A stretch of DNA of 64,000 bases from contig UQSV01000001.1 of the NCBI GenBank assembly GCA_900543875.1, positions 16,662 through 80,661 of the forward strand. The letters run 5' to 3'. Under the pieces are notes generated by a model. The model worked only from the letters and a program-made list of their open reading frames with translations. It ran no database searches and was not told the DNA's origin. The position numbers were made by a program, and so were the translations under genes. How positions within the stretch are numbered: the stretch's first letter is position 1; every line of letters begins with the position of its first letter. Source of the DNA: an uncultured Coriobacteriaceae bacterium (lineage in GTDB: Bacteria > Actinomycetota > Coriobacteriia > Coriobacteriales > Atopobiaceae). Positions 18,970-34,600 of this stretch are shown one piece after another.

Positions 18970-20061
18970 GTGTCGCTCACCGTCTCGTCCATATCGTTCA
19001 GGAACTACCGCAACCTTGCCGCGCTGGAGCTGCGCCCCAGCGCCGGCGTCACCGTGCTCGTGGGGCCCAATGCCGTGGGCAAGACGAACACGGTCGAGGC
19101 ACTGCAGTACGTCACGAGCGGCCAGTCGTTCAGGCGCCCCTCGCCCTCCGAGCTCATCGCCCCCGACGCCGTCGAGGCGTCGGTGGCAGCTCGTCTCGAG
19201 GGCGATGGCCGCGTCATCGATGTTGAGATGCGGGTGACGCCCCAGTCGCGTAAGTTCCTGCGCAACGGCAAGCCCTGCCGTGGCGCCGACCTCGCGGGCA
19301 CGCTGCTTTCGGTGCTCTTCTGCCCCGATGACCTGTCGCTCGTGAAGGGGTCGGCCTCGCGCCGCCGCGGCGAGCTCGACGCCTATGGCGCGCAGGCCAA
19401 CGTGGGCTACCGCAAGGTGCTCTCGAACTACACGCGCTCGGTCGAGCAGCGAAACCGCCTGCTCAAGGATGGCTGTGACCCCGTCCTGCTCGACGCCTGG
19501 GACGAATCGGTGGCGCTGGGTGGTGCCACGCTGCTCCACCACCGCCTCAACCTCTTTCGCCGTCTGTCGGGCATCGTGAGCGAGGTTTATGCCGAGGTGG
19601 CCTCGGGCGAGTCGCTCGCCTGCACTTACGTGCCAAGCGTCGAGGGCGCCGAGGCGGGCATGGGCCGAGACGACCTGCGCGACCTCATGCTTTCCCAGAT
19701 GCGCGACCGCCGTGCCGACGACGTGCGCCGCGCGCAGACGCTCATCGGGCCCCACCGCGACGACGTGGTCTTTGCGATCGACGGCCGCGACGCGCGCTCC
19801 TTTGGCAGCCAGGGCCAGCAGCGCTCGGTGGCCCTGGCCTGGAAGATGGCCGAGGTGCGCCTGTGTGAGGACCTGCTGGGAGAGCGGCCGCTGCTGCTGC
19901 TCGACGACGTCATGAGCGAGCTCGATGCCTCGCGCCGCTCGTGTGTAACGCGCTTCGTCGAGGGCGGCATCCAGACGATCATCACCACGACGAACCTCTC
20001 GTACTTTGACGACGAGCTGCTCTCGAGCGTAAAGGTGGTGCCCTATGGGGCAGAGTCGTAA
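18970..20061 (+). CDS. recF: DNA replication/repair protein RecF
   Basis: Walker A GPNAVGKTN. GTG start. Confidence 0.9.
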   Translation: MSLTVSSISFRNYRNLAALELRPSAGVTVLVGPNAVGKTNTVEALQYVTSGQSFRRPSPSELIAPDAVEASVAARLEGDGRVIDVEMRVTPQSRKFLRNGKPCRGADLAGTLLSVLFCPDDLSLVKGSASRRRGELDAYGAQANVGYRKVLSNYTRSVEQRNRLLKDGCDPVLLDAWDESVALGGATLLHHRLNLFRRLSGIVSEVYAEVASGESLACTYVPSVEGAEAGMGRDDLRDLMLSQMRDRRADDVRRAQTLIGPHRDDVVFAIDGRDARSFGSQGQQRSVALAWKMAEVRLCEDLLGERPLLLLDDVMSELDASRRSCVTRFVEGGIQTIITTTNLSYFDDELLSSVKVVPYGAES

Positions 20062-20641
20062 GCGCTGGCTCGAGCGTATGGAGTACGACCCGCTCGACCC
20101 CGCCAAGCAGCACAAGCCCGAGACGGCCGCCGACCTGGTGTCGGGCTACCTCGACGCGCGCCTCGCCAGGGGCGCCAACAAGACCCTACAGGCGCTCACC
20201 ATCTGGCGAAAAATCGCCGGCAAGCGCGCCTCCAAGCACACCGTGGCCGTGTGGCTGAGCGACCACGCCGGCCCCCGCAACCTGCCTGACCTCGTGGTCT
20301 ACCTCGACGGCAACGCCCTCATGGTCGACCTCTCCACCAACGCCGAGCTCTACGTCGACCGCCTGGCCCACGCGGGCCTCGAGGTGGCGCACGTGCGCTT
20401 CAAGCTCTCGCGCAAGGCCGGTCAGATTGCCCAGCAGCGCATGGTCGCGGCCGAGGGGCCCGCCGACGAGCCCCCCGAGCTGCCGGCGCTCACCCCCTAC
20501 GAGCGCACCCGCATTGCCGCCGACGTCGAGAGGATTCCCGCCTCGATGCGCAAGGACGTGTCTAAGGCGATGGAAATGTCGCTGCGCCGCGCCAAGGTTG
20601 CACCCACGCAGGAAGCCAAAAGCGCCCCGCAGAATCCCTGA
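20045..20641 (+). CDS. DUF721 / DciA-like protein (the conserved ORF downstream of recF in Actinobacteria, equivalent to Rv0004)
   Basis: Conserved position. Overlaps the recF stop by 17 nt. Confidence 0.65.
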   Translation: MGQSRKRWLERMEYDPLDPAKQHKPETAADLVSGYLDARLARGANKTLQALTIWRKIAGKRASKHTVAVWLSDHAGPRNLPDLVVYLDGNALMVDLSTNAELYVDRLAHAGLEVAHVRFKLSRKAGQIAQQRMVAAEGPADEPPELPALTPYERTRIAADVERIPASMRKDVSKAMEMSLRRAKVAPTQEAKSAPQNP

Positions 20642-20749
20642 GAGGCGTTATCAGGCGCAAATGATGCGTTTTTGCCGCGTCGTATGTGTTGGGGATTCAG
20701 CAAATCGAGCCGATGCCCTAAACTAGGAAAGATTGACGTTTCATCCTAG

Positions 20750-22801
<2,052 letters not shown>

Positions 22802-22851
22802 TCAGCGCCTGACATTTCGCAAGTTTGGTTTAGCAACGAGAAAGGCCAGAA

Positions 22852-25617
<2,766 letters not shown>

Positions 25618-25642
25618 TCGCCGCAGGCAAGCCAGCCTTGAG

Positions 25643-25683
25643 GAGTGCCTCCCGGAACAATTCTGGGAGGCACTCTTTTTGTT
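25643..25683 (+). terminator. Rho-independent terminator after gyrA
   Basis: GAGTGCCTCCC-GGAACAATTCT-GGGAGGCACTC followed by TTTTTGTT. Confidence 0.8.
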
Positions 25684-25700
25684 CTGTCGTTCGTGTGGCG

Positions 25701-25764
25701 GGAAAATGGAATGAATTCCAACAATTTCGCAAATACAAGAAAAATGGATTTCATTCCATTTTCG
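25701..25764. repeat. Perfect 14-bp inverted repeat (GGAAAATGGAATGAA / TTCATTCCATTTTC) with a 34-nt spacer
   Basis: Read directly from the sequence. Lies between the convergent gyrA and nuclease gene ends. Confidence 0.6.
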
Positions 25765-25785
25765 TGTGTCGAATAGGGCGAGCAA

Positions 25786-25822
25786 AGCAGGCGGCCCCGC
25801 ACCGTCTAGGTGCGAGGCCGCC
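25786..25822 (-). terminator. Hairpin downstream of the minus-strand nuclease gene
   Basis: GCAGGCGGCC...GGCCGCCTGC inverted repeat. Confidence 0.45.
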
Positions 25823-25842
25823 TGCTTGTGTGACCGCCTGCG

Positions 25843-26406
25843 CTAGTTTTGGCGAGGCGCCTTGAAGTCGTCGGGGGAGAGGCCCTCGACAAAGTCATGG
25901 AACTCGGCCTCCTCGCGGGAGCGCTCGTCCTTTTCGATGGCATCGAAGTCGGGCGAGCCGGCACATTCGAGCACCTCGCGGGAGGCGAAGATGGGTTCGT
26001 CGCAGGTGATGGCCAAGGCTACGGCGTCGGAGGGGCGGGCATCGATGTGATGGTGCTCGCCCGTGGCGTTCACGACGTCGAGAGTGGCAAAGAACGTGGC
26101 GCCCTCGACGCGCTCGATCGTGACGCCCGCAAGGCTTGCGCCCAGCACCTCGAGCGTGCCTGCGAGCAGCATGTGCGTGGTGGGCCGCTTGATGTCATCG
26201 GAATCGATGGCCCGCGCGACGTTGGCGGCATCGGCGGTGCCAACGCTGATGGGCAGCGTGATCTCGGTGCCAACGGCCGCGAGGTCTGCCGGATCGCTGA
26301 GATTCTCTACGTCTGAATCGTCGCTAATGGGGGCTGGCTTCAGGATGATAGCCGACGGAATGGGACCACCGCCCACGATGAGGTTCTTGAGCGTCATCTC
26401 GACCAT
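25843..26406 (-). CDS. Bifunctional nuclease family protein (DUF151-like)
   Basis: Read from the translation. Acidic C-terminus. Conserved position after gyrA. Confidence 0.55.
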   Translation of the reverse strand: MVEMTLKNLIVGGGPIPSAIILKPAPISDDSDVENLSDPADLAAVGTEITLPISVGTADAANVARAIDSDDIKRPTTHMLLAGTLEVLGASLAGVTIERVEGATFFATLDVVNATGEHHHIDARPSDAVALAITCDEPIFASREVLECAGSPDFDAIEKDERSREEAEFHDFVEGLSPDDFKAPRQN

Positions 26407-26618
26407 GTCCTGCGCCTCCTTTGCGTGTCTGCCCGAATGGGGCGAAGGGGCTATCCCCCCGTCTTATTCGGGCTAATTCCTGCTTATTGGTAGGGGTTAT
26501 CCTACCCCTCTTTGGCTCTGTAGGAAAAATCGAAAATTTTTTCCAAAAAGCGGTTGCGCTTCCGAATCAGCCTGTTGTATTATAGCCAAGCGCGATGGCG
26601 AACACACCAATCGCACGT

Positions 26619-26695
26619 GGGCCCGTAGCTCAGTTGGTCAGAGCGTCCGGCTGATAACCGGGAGGTCACAAGTTCGAACCTTGTCGGGCCCACCA
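26619..26695 (+). tRNA. ileT: tRNA-Ile (GAT)
   Basis: Cloverleaf folded by hand. 7-bp acceptor stem, anticodon loop CTGATAA, CCA end. TTGCGC-18-TATTAT promoter about 40 bp upstream. Confidence 0.9.
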
Positions 26696-26757
26696 CCTTT
26701 TCGCCAATAAACGCCCCAGCGTGAGCCGAGTCGCCGCTGGGGCGTTTATTACTAAAA

Positions 26758-26833
26758 GGGGACGTAGCTCAGTTGGGAGAGCGCGGGCTTTGCAAGCCTG
26801 AGGTCGTGGGTTCGATCCCCATCGTCTCCACCA
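26758..26833 (+). tRNA. alaT: tRNA-Ala (TGC)
   Basis: Acceptor stem GGGGACG/CGTCTCC with a G3:U70 pair. Anticodon loop TTTGCAA. CCA end. Confidence 0.9.
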
Positions 26834-26841
26834 GACTGGAT

Positions 26842-26870
26842 TGCCGGGGGTTTCGCTCCGGCTTTTTTTC
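26842..26870 (+). terminator. Terminator after tRNA-Ala
   Basis: GCCGGGGGTTTCGCTCCGGC followed by TTTTTTTC. Confidence 0.65.
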
Positions 26871-27082
26871 TTTTCAAATTTTCTTACCAGGCCCCCTTCA
26901 GTTACAGTGAGGTATAACGGCAATTGGACGCCCGCGAGGCGCTGGTGCGCTGTAGCCGCGTTGTCAGCTTGAACCCGCCCTCGTCCCGCGCCACCCGATT
27001 AGTTTGGGACAACTGTTGCGTTTTACTGTCTCCCGATGCAAATGCTATGGGAGAAAGGCGAAAAGAGAAGAGGGGGTCCAGG

Positions 27083-28546
27083 ATGAGCGAGGCCAGCAAA
27101 TCCCGCCGCACTGGCTTTCCTTATGCCGCTTCCTGGCCCCTCTTGATTGAGACGGCGGCCTTTGCGCTCTACTTCTTCACCTGGAAGCTCTGTATGGCCG
27201 TGACGCTTGCCCGTGCGCCTCGTTTGGCGGAGGTTGGCGTCCTTGGTTCTGCATATGCGCTCCTGCTGGCTTTCACGGGCCTTGGCTATGTCCTGTTCTG
27301 GGTTGCCCGCTCCTATCTGCCTAGCTCAAAAGAGAAGAAGAGCTTGGCGGCGGTCGTCCTCGCGCTCTGTTTCGGCGGCTCCATCGTGATGATGACCACC
27401 CAACGCATCGAGATCCTTCTCGCTGCGAGTTGCGTGACGGTTCTTGCGCTCGGCTACACCGGCGGCGGTATTCACTACGGATTTAGCCTGGTGTCTTATG
27501 GCAGCGAATTCTCCGGCAGGGCCCTCGGAATTGGGATGGGTGCGTCTTCCCTGCTTCAATATGTTGTAGAGGCGATGGGGCTGACACCCGCTGTGCTTGT
27601 CATATGCGTGGTCTTGAGTTTGCTCACCATCATGTGGTTCGCCACGCGCCCCGCCAAGAGGTGGCGGGGCGATCAGGACTCCGCCGCGAAGCAGGCTCCC
27701 ACCGTGGGGAGGCGCCCTATCACCATCCTCGTGATCGCCGCGGTTGCCATGACCCTCGACTATGGTCTTCTCGATAGCGTTCTCGTCTGGAAGTATGCGA
27801 GTGGCGAGATCGTCACTGCGGGTCTGTCTAAGATCATCAATGCGCTGTCCCTCCCGCTTGTGGGTGCGCTCTTTGACCTAAAGAAGGGTAATCTCAGGTC
27901 CCTCATCACGGTGTGCGCGATGTTTCTCGTCGCTGTGGCAACGCCCGCCGCCGCGGAGGACGAGTGGGCGGGTGTGGCCACCGTCATGGCGGGGGTCTAC
28001 GGTGCCTTCTACGTCATGTATCTCAGTGCGACCTTCATGAGAATCGCGCCGGATACGTCGCGCCCGGAGGTCATCGCGAGCGTGGGTAGAGTCGTCAGCT
28101 GCTTCATGGGTGCCGTTGGTGCGTTGTTCGCGCGGGCTTTCTTCGAGTCTTGTGGCGTGGTGGCGGTGGTGGGCGTGTCGTGCCTGCTTTCGATCATCTG
28201 CCTTCTGGTCCTTCTTCGTGACATTGCCTGGGGCGTCACGAAGGGCCTGGGGGGGGGGGAGGATGGCGCGGCGTTTGGCGGTGGCCTTCCGCGGCCTTCC
28301 GGCTCGTCTCGCGAGGAGGCTCTCGATACTTATATTGAGAAGCTCGGCCTTACCGCCCGAGAGGCGGAGGTGTGTGGTCTTCTCCTTTCCACAGACCTTG
28401 GCGTTCAGGAGATAGCCGACGAGATTTTCATCTCTCGGCGCGTCGCTCAGCGACACATCGCCGCCATTTATGAGAAGGCAGAAGTGACAACGCGACTTGG
28501 TCTCTATCGCGATTTTGTCGCCTGGTTTGACGAGGGTTCCAACTAA
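27083..28546 (+). CDS. Membrane-embedded LuxR-family transcriptional regulator (about 12 TM helices plus a C-terminal LuxR HTH)
   Basis: C-terminus LTAREAEVCGLLLSTDLGVQEIADEIFISRRVAQRHIAAIYEKAEV is a LuxR-type HTH. Many hydrophobic segments. RBS GAGAAGAGGGGG. Confidence 0.7.
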   Translation: MSEASKSRRTGFPYAASWPLLIETAAFALYFFTWKLCMAVTLARAPRLAEVGVLGSAYALLLAFTGLGYVLFWVARSYLPSSKEKKSLAAVVLALCFGGSIVMMTTQRIEILLAASCVTVLALGYTGGGIHYGFSLVSYGSEFSGRALGIGMGASSLLQYVVEAMGLTPAVLVICVVLSLLTIMWFATRPAKRWRGDQDSAAKQAPTVGRRPITILVIAAVAMTLDYGLLDSVLVWKYASGEIVTAGLSKIINALSLPLVGALFDLKKGNLRSLITVCAMFLVAVATPAAAEDEWAGVATVMAGVYGAFYVMYLSATFMRIAPDTSRPEVIASVGRVVSCFMGAVGALFARAFFESCGVVAVVGVSCLLSIICLLVLLRDIAWGVTKGLGGGEDGAAFGGGLPRPSGSSREEALDTYIEKLGLTAREAEVCGLLLSTDLGVQEIADEIFISRRVAQRHIAAIYEKAEVTTRLGLYRDFVAWFDEGSN

Positions 28547-28650
28547 TCTACCTGCGGGTATCTAAAGTTGGCACATGTGTGACCTATCAGTTTGGCTTCA
28601 GCTCCCTGACGATAAGCTCGGTTAGCTGGCTTTCGCTGGAGGAGGTCACC

Positions 28651-31600
28651 ATGAAGCGCCTGAGGCTTTTGTTGTTGTTTGTCGCACTTCTCGTATTGGC
28701 TCCGACGACGGCGCTTGCTGCGACGGTGGGTGCCACGACGTTGGCAGACCCCTCCTCCGCGTCAACATGGCGCGACTGGGGCCTCGATAACTCGACGGAG
28801 AACGTCGGCCGCATCTGGACGGACAAGACCGTCTCCGACGGCGATATCGAGCTCACGGGCGCCGGCGGAACCATGAGGATTCAGAAGGGCGACTCGGACT
28901 TCCTGACCGCCCTCTCCGCTATCTCCTCGACCTCGAACCTGACGATGACGTCGACCACGCCGCTCGACATTGTCCTCGTCCTTGATGCCTCTGGTTCGAT
29001 GGAGGACAAGATGAGTGGCGGAGGAACGAAGATCGCTGCCCTGAAGGCTGCCGCGAATGCCTTCGTCGACGAGATCGCAAAGGCAAACGAGGGAATCGAC
29101 AACCCGGAGCTGCAGCACCGGGTTTCCATCGTGAAGTTCGCCAGCGACACTACCGACCGCGTAGGCAATAACTTCACCTGGGACAGCTACAACTACAGCC
29201 AGCGCATGATTGGCCTCACGCCGTGCACGCAGGATGGCAAGGGCGCCATCAGCTCGCAGATCAACGCGCTCGATCCTGCCGGCGCCACGCGTGCCGACTA
29301 TGGCATGAACCATGCGCAGAAGGCGCTGAACGATGCCCGCCCCGGCGCAAAAAAGGTTGTCGTGTTCTTCACTGACGGCACGCCCACCAAGCACAGTGAC
29401 TTCGACTCGAACGTCGCCAACTCTGCCGTCAGCACTGCCAAGGCGCTGAAGGACGGCGGCGCGACCGTCTACACCGTTGGCATCCAGAATGGCGCGAACC
29501 CCTCTGCTGACCCCACCACCTCGGGAACCTCCAAGGAGAATCGCTTCCTGCATGCCGTTTCCAGCAACTACCCCTCCGCGACCGCTTACAACAAGCTCGG
29601 CGCGCGTGCGGAAGACTCCGACTTCTACAAGACGGCGACGAGCGCCGCCGGCCTCAAGGACGTATTCAGCGGCATTTCCCAGGACATCGCGAAGGCCGCC
29701 GGCCACCCGACGGACGTGGTCGAGGGTGCCGAGGATACGTCTGGTTACGTTACGTTTACCGACCAGCTCGGCGACTACATGAAGCTCGATAGCTTCGAGA
29801 GCATCGTGTTCGCCAAGCAGGTCTTCTCCAATCCGACCGTCTCCACCTCCGGCAACGTCGACACCTACACGTTCCATGGCACGGCCGGTAACGTCCTGTA
29901 CCCCACTGGTAACCTTGATTCCGTGCTCATTCGCGTCGAGCGCTCTGACGACGCCCGCACGGGCGACAAGGTGACCGTCTCAATCCCGGCCTCCCTCATC
30001 CCCCTTCGCCACTTCAATGTCGACGAGGACGCGGGCACGGGAGACGTGACGTTGACATTCCCCATTCGCGTGTTCTATAACTCAAGCCTCAAGAAAGAGG
30101 CCTTCGAGCTGCTCGCGAACCCCGACGATGACATGACGGACTACATTGCCTCCCACACGGATTCCGATGGTAAGGTCTACTTCCTCGCGAACGAATACAC
30201 CGGTGGAGAGAGCGGTAACACGACCGCCTCGTTCACTCCGGCGACGGGCAACGGCTACTACTTCATCACCGAGGACACGCCCCTGTATCTCGATGCCGAG
30301 TGCACCCAGCGCGCCCGCGGGCCGCTGAGCGCCTCAACGACCTATTACTACAGCCACTCTTGGTACGAGCTTGAGGGTGGCTCGGCAACGAGGGGCTCGA
30401 GCGTTGTCTCCTTCCCTGGCAGCGTTGTCGAGGGAATCACGGGCGGCATCACGACCGATGAGTCCGGCTACCTCATTATGAGGAAGGGCTCGCGTCAGCT
30501 CACCCGTATCAACGAGCTTCACACCGCCAAGGGCAGTAACCCCACCGCCACTGCCTCCACGATCATCGACCCGAGGTGGAGTGGCAAGACGATCAACGTC
30601 CTCCTCGGCAACAATGGCCGGATCTCGCTCGAGCAGCCCTCCACGCTCGCGATTTCCAAGAAGGTCGTCACTCCCGACGGCTTTGACGAGAGCTACTACA
30701 ACAACCTCGACTTCGCGTTCGACATCTTGATTCCCGAAGCGGCCGGTAAGACGTTCAAGGCCGTCGTCAAGGGAACCGACGGCAAGGTTCACGGCGACGA
30801 GTCCTGGGACCTCACGCTCGACGCGACCGGCCATGCCGAGCACACGCTCAAGCACGGCGAGACTCTCTACGTGTACGGCATCCCTTCCGGCACGGCCTAC
30901 TCCGTGACCGAACGCGCCCTTGACGGCTTCGAGACCACGCCCTCCGCCCTGCGCGAGGGTGTGACCGAGGCTGGCCTCGAGGCGAAGGCGGACTTCACGA
31001 ACACATATTCCGCGACCGGCACGCTCTCCGGGCGCGATGCTCTTCTCGGCGAGAAGGTGCTCGACGGCCGCGACTGGTTCGCCAGCGACAGCTTCACGTT
31101 CATTCTCCAGGGTCTCGACGGTGCCCCCATGCCTGAGGGTTCCGAGGGAGACATCTATAGGCTGGCGGTCACGAGCCCCGAGGGCACGCCCTCTGGCACT
31201 CCCGTCGCCTTCAACTTCGGTGACATCGCCTACGAGAAGCCCGGCACCTATGTCTACCAGGTCTACGAGCCTGCCGAGGAAGCCGGGACGACTGGCGTCA
31301 CGACGTCCCTCTCCCTCTACACCGTGACCGTGACGGTCACGGACAACCACGACGGCACGCTCGCGGTTTCCTCCAAGATCATGCGCGTCCACGACGACCT
31401 TGGCTCCGACGTGGCTCCCGAGGGCGCGGCCGCAAGCGTCGCCTCCTTCGTGAACGTCTTCGACGCCACCTCGCAGGACTGGACGCCCGTCGCCATGAAG
31501 AAGCTGAACGACGCCTCTGGCGCGCTGCCTCTCCAGGCCGGCATGTTCGAGTTCACCCTGACGCCTGTCGGCGATGCTCCCATGCCCGGCGACGCGACCG

Positions 31601-34600
31601 AGATTGTCGGCCACAACAACGCCCATGGAGCCGTCGTCTTCAACGCCATCACCTTCACGGGCGAGGACGTGGGCAAGACCTACCAGTACAAGATCACTGA
31701 GAAGACTCCCGATGGTGCTCGTCACGGCATGACGTATGACGGTACGGTTTGGATTGCGACCGTGACCGTGACCCATGAGACGGTTGACGGCGAGAACATC
31801 GTCAAGGTCAGCGCGTCCTATGCCCGCGACGGGGAGAGCGAAAAGGTCGAGGAGATCACGTTCGAGAACTCCTATAAGCCGACGTCTCTCACCGAGACCG
31901 GAGTCATCAAGGGTGAGAAGCGCCTCGTTGGCCGTGACATGCTCGACACGGACGACTTCAAGTTCTCCATGAGGCTCGTCTCTGGCCCCGAGAACGGCGT
32001 CGCCTCCAAGATGAACCTCGATCACGAGACCAATGGAAACGTGGTCAGCTTCGAGTCCGGCGAGATGACCTTCAGCAAGCCTGGCACCTATGTCTTCGAA
32101 ATCCGCGAGATTGCCCCCGCCGTGGACGGCTCGGGCATCACTTGGGACCGCCATGCCGCCATCGCGACCGTTACCGTCGTCGATGACAACGGCACCCTCG
32201 TTCTCGACAACGTCTCCTATGACAACTCGACCTCTGCGGTCGATGACGACAAGAACGTCACGGACCACGCTGCCTTTACGAACGTCTACGCTCCCACTGA
32301 GGCCGCCCGCTACGCCGGCGTCACCGTGAGCAAGGTCCTCACGGGCCGCACAATGGACATGGGCATGTTCTCCTTCTCCATCACCGGCAAGGACGCCACC
32401 GCCGAGAGTGGGACCACCGCGGCGACGGCCGACGAAGCCAACGCGCTTCTCTCTGATTCCGACAAGGCCTTCTCGAACACCCAGAGGCGTGCGAGCGGCA
32501 TTGCCGAAGATATGCAGAAGCTTTCCGACGTGGTCTTTGGTGCCGCGAACGCCAACAAGACCTACGCGTTTGACGTGGCGGAGGTCATCCCCGCCGACGC
32601 CGACAAGCTCCCCGGTGTCACCTATGACGGGCGCGTGCACGAACTCGTCGTCTCTGCCGTCGACAACCTCGATGGCACCATGACGGTTACGACGAAGATC
32701 GATGGCCAGGTTGTGGATGATGACAACCGCAAGATTCTGTTCGAGAACACCTACAAGGCGGCGGACGCCAACTTCGCCACGGCCGACCTCGGCCTGACGA
32801 AGGTGCTCGAGGGCGTTGACGCCTGGCGCGAGAACGACCACTTCACCTTCGTGCTCGAGGGCGTGAATGGCGCTCCCGTCCCCATGGGTGATGACGGCGC
32901 TCCTTCCACGAAGGTTACGCTCGGCCCCGACGACGTCGTTGACGGCGCAGCCCAGATCAACTTTGGAACCATCGTCTTCACGCGGGCGGGTCAGTACGAT
33001 TACAGGGTCTCCGAGGAACGCGGAAACGCTGGTGGCATGAGCTATAGCGACAACGTCGCCGCCTTCCGCTTTACCGTGCGAGACAACACGGAGACCGGCG
33101 AGCTCGAGACAACCGTCAGGCTCATCTCCGGAGACAGGGAGTTCGTCAACACCTATGACTCCAGCATCCCGGCCGATCAACTCGTGAACCCGCACTTCTC
33201 CAAGATTCTTGAGGGCCGCGACTGGCGGGATGGTGACGAGTTCAGCTTCACGGTCAGTCCTGTGACCGACGGCGCGCCCCTCCCCGTTGATGCCAACGGC
33301 GAGGAAGTCACCACCGTTTCCGTCAATAACAAGAGCGAAGCCGCTGACTTCACGTTCGGCACCATCCCGTTCACCTATGACATGGTGCGCGAGGGTCCCC
33401 GCACGTTCGTCTACGAGGTCCGCGAGACAGTCTCTGGCATTCCCGGCATCTCCGACGACACCCACGTTGCGACCGTGACCGTGAGGGTCTCCGACGAGGG
33501 CAACGGCACGATGAGCGCCGTCGTGACGAACGAGAACAACGTCTTCACGAACACGTATCGCTCGCAGCTTGACTACACCGCGGCTGGCGGACTGAGTGTT
33601 ACGAAGAGGATGAGTGGCCGCGCGCTGACCGCGGGCGAGTTCGGGTTCGACGTCGTCGCCACCGGTGACGGTGACAAGCTCGGCATCGCCGGGCACCACA
33701 CCAACGCCGAGGCGCCCGCCGGCGAAGAGGCGCTCGTGGTGAACTCCTCCACCTCCGCCACGTTCACCCAGGAAGACGTGGGCAAGACCTACTCCTACAC
33801 TATTACCGAGGCGAACGGTGGCCTTGGCGGCGTCACCTATGACGCCACGCGCTACAACGTCACCATCACCACGGCCGACAATCCCGCCACGGCTACCCTT
33901 ACGGTGACGACCCACGTCACGAGCACGTCCGGAGCCGACGACACGTACGTCTATGTCGCTGGGTCTGATGCGGCCGCGGCTGCGAAGGTCGCCTTCGAGA
34001 ACTCCTACGCCGCTACCGGTGAGACGACGCCCATCGTGGGCACGAAGTCCATGACGAACGGTCTCATGTTCGACGGCGACTTCACCTTCCGCCTCGCCTA
34101 TGACGCGGGTAACCACGAGGTCGTCTCCGTCGCAAGGAACGCTTCCGGCCAAGTGAACTTCGGCTCCCTGTCCTACGACAGCAACAAGCTCGCCAGCCTC
34201 GTTGCTGACGGCCTTGCCACCCGTACCGGAAACACCTGGACCATCCCGTATGTCGCCTATGAGGTGACCGATGGCCTGGGTGACCGCGGCGTGACGCCTA
34301 CGGCGGCGAACTTCCGTCTTACCGTGGATGTTACAGACAACGGCAACGGAAAGCTGACCTGCACGGTCAACCTCCCTGATGGCGGACTTGCGTTCCTCAA
34401 CACGTACGCGACGGGAGACCCCGTTTCCATCGGACTCGCGGGCACCAAGAGCCTGAGCGTCCCCGATGGCCTTGAGGGCGCCGACATCGCCGGAAAGTTC
34501 ACGTTCACCGTGGAGGGTGAGGCTGGCGCGCCCATGCCCGAGCGCACCAACACGACGAACGACGCGAACGGTAACGTCGACTTCGGTTCGATCACGTTCA

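Noticed and set aside
17806-20115. 769-aa minus-strand ORF spanning dnaN and recF
   Set aside because: It is antisense to two clearly conserved genes. The translation is low-complexity and rich in Ala/Gly/Arg/Val, typical of a spurious open frame in 65% GC DNA
30334-34152. 1272-aa minus-strand ORF inside the adhesin gene
   Set aside because: It is antisense to a coherent vWA plus Ig-like repeat protein. The translation is Gly/Val/Arg-rich and has no start context
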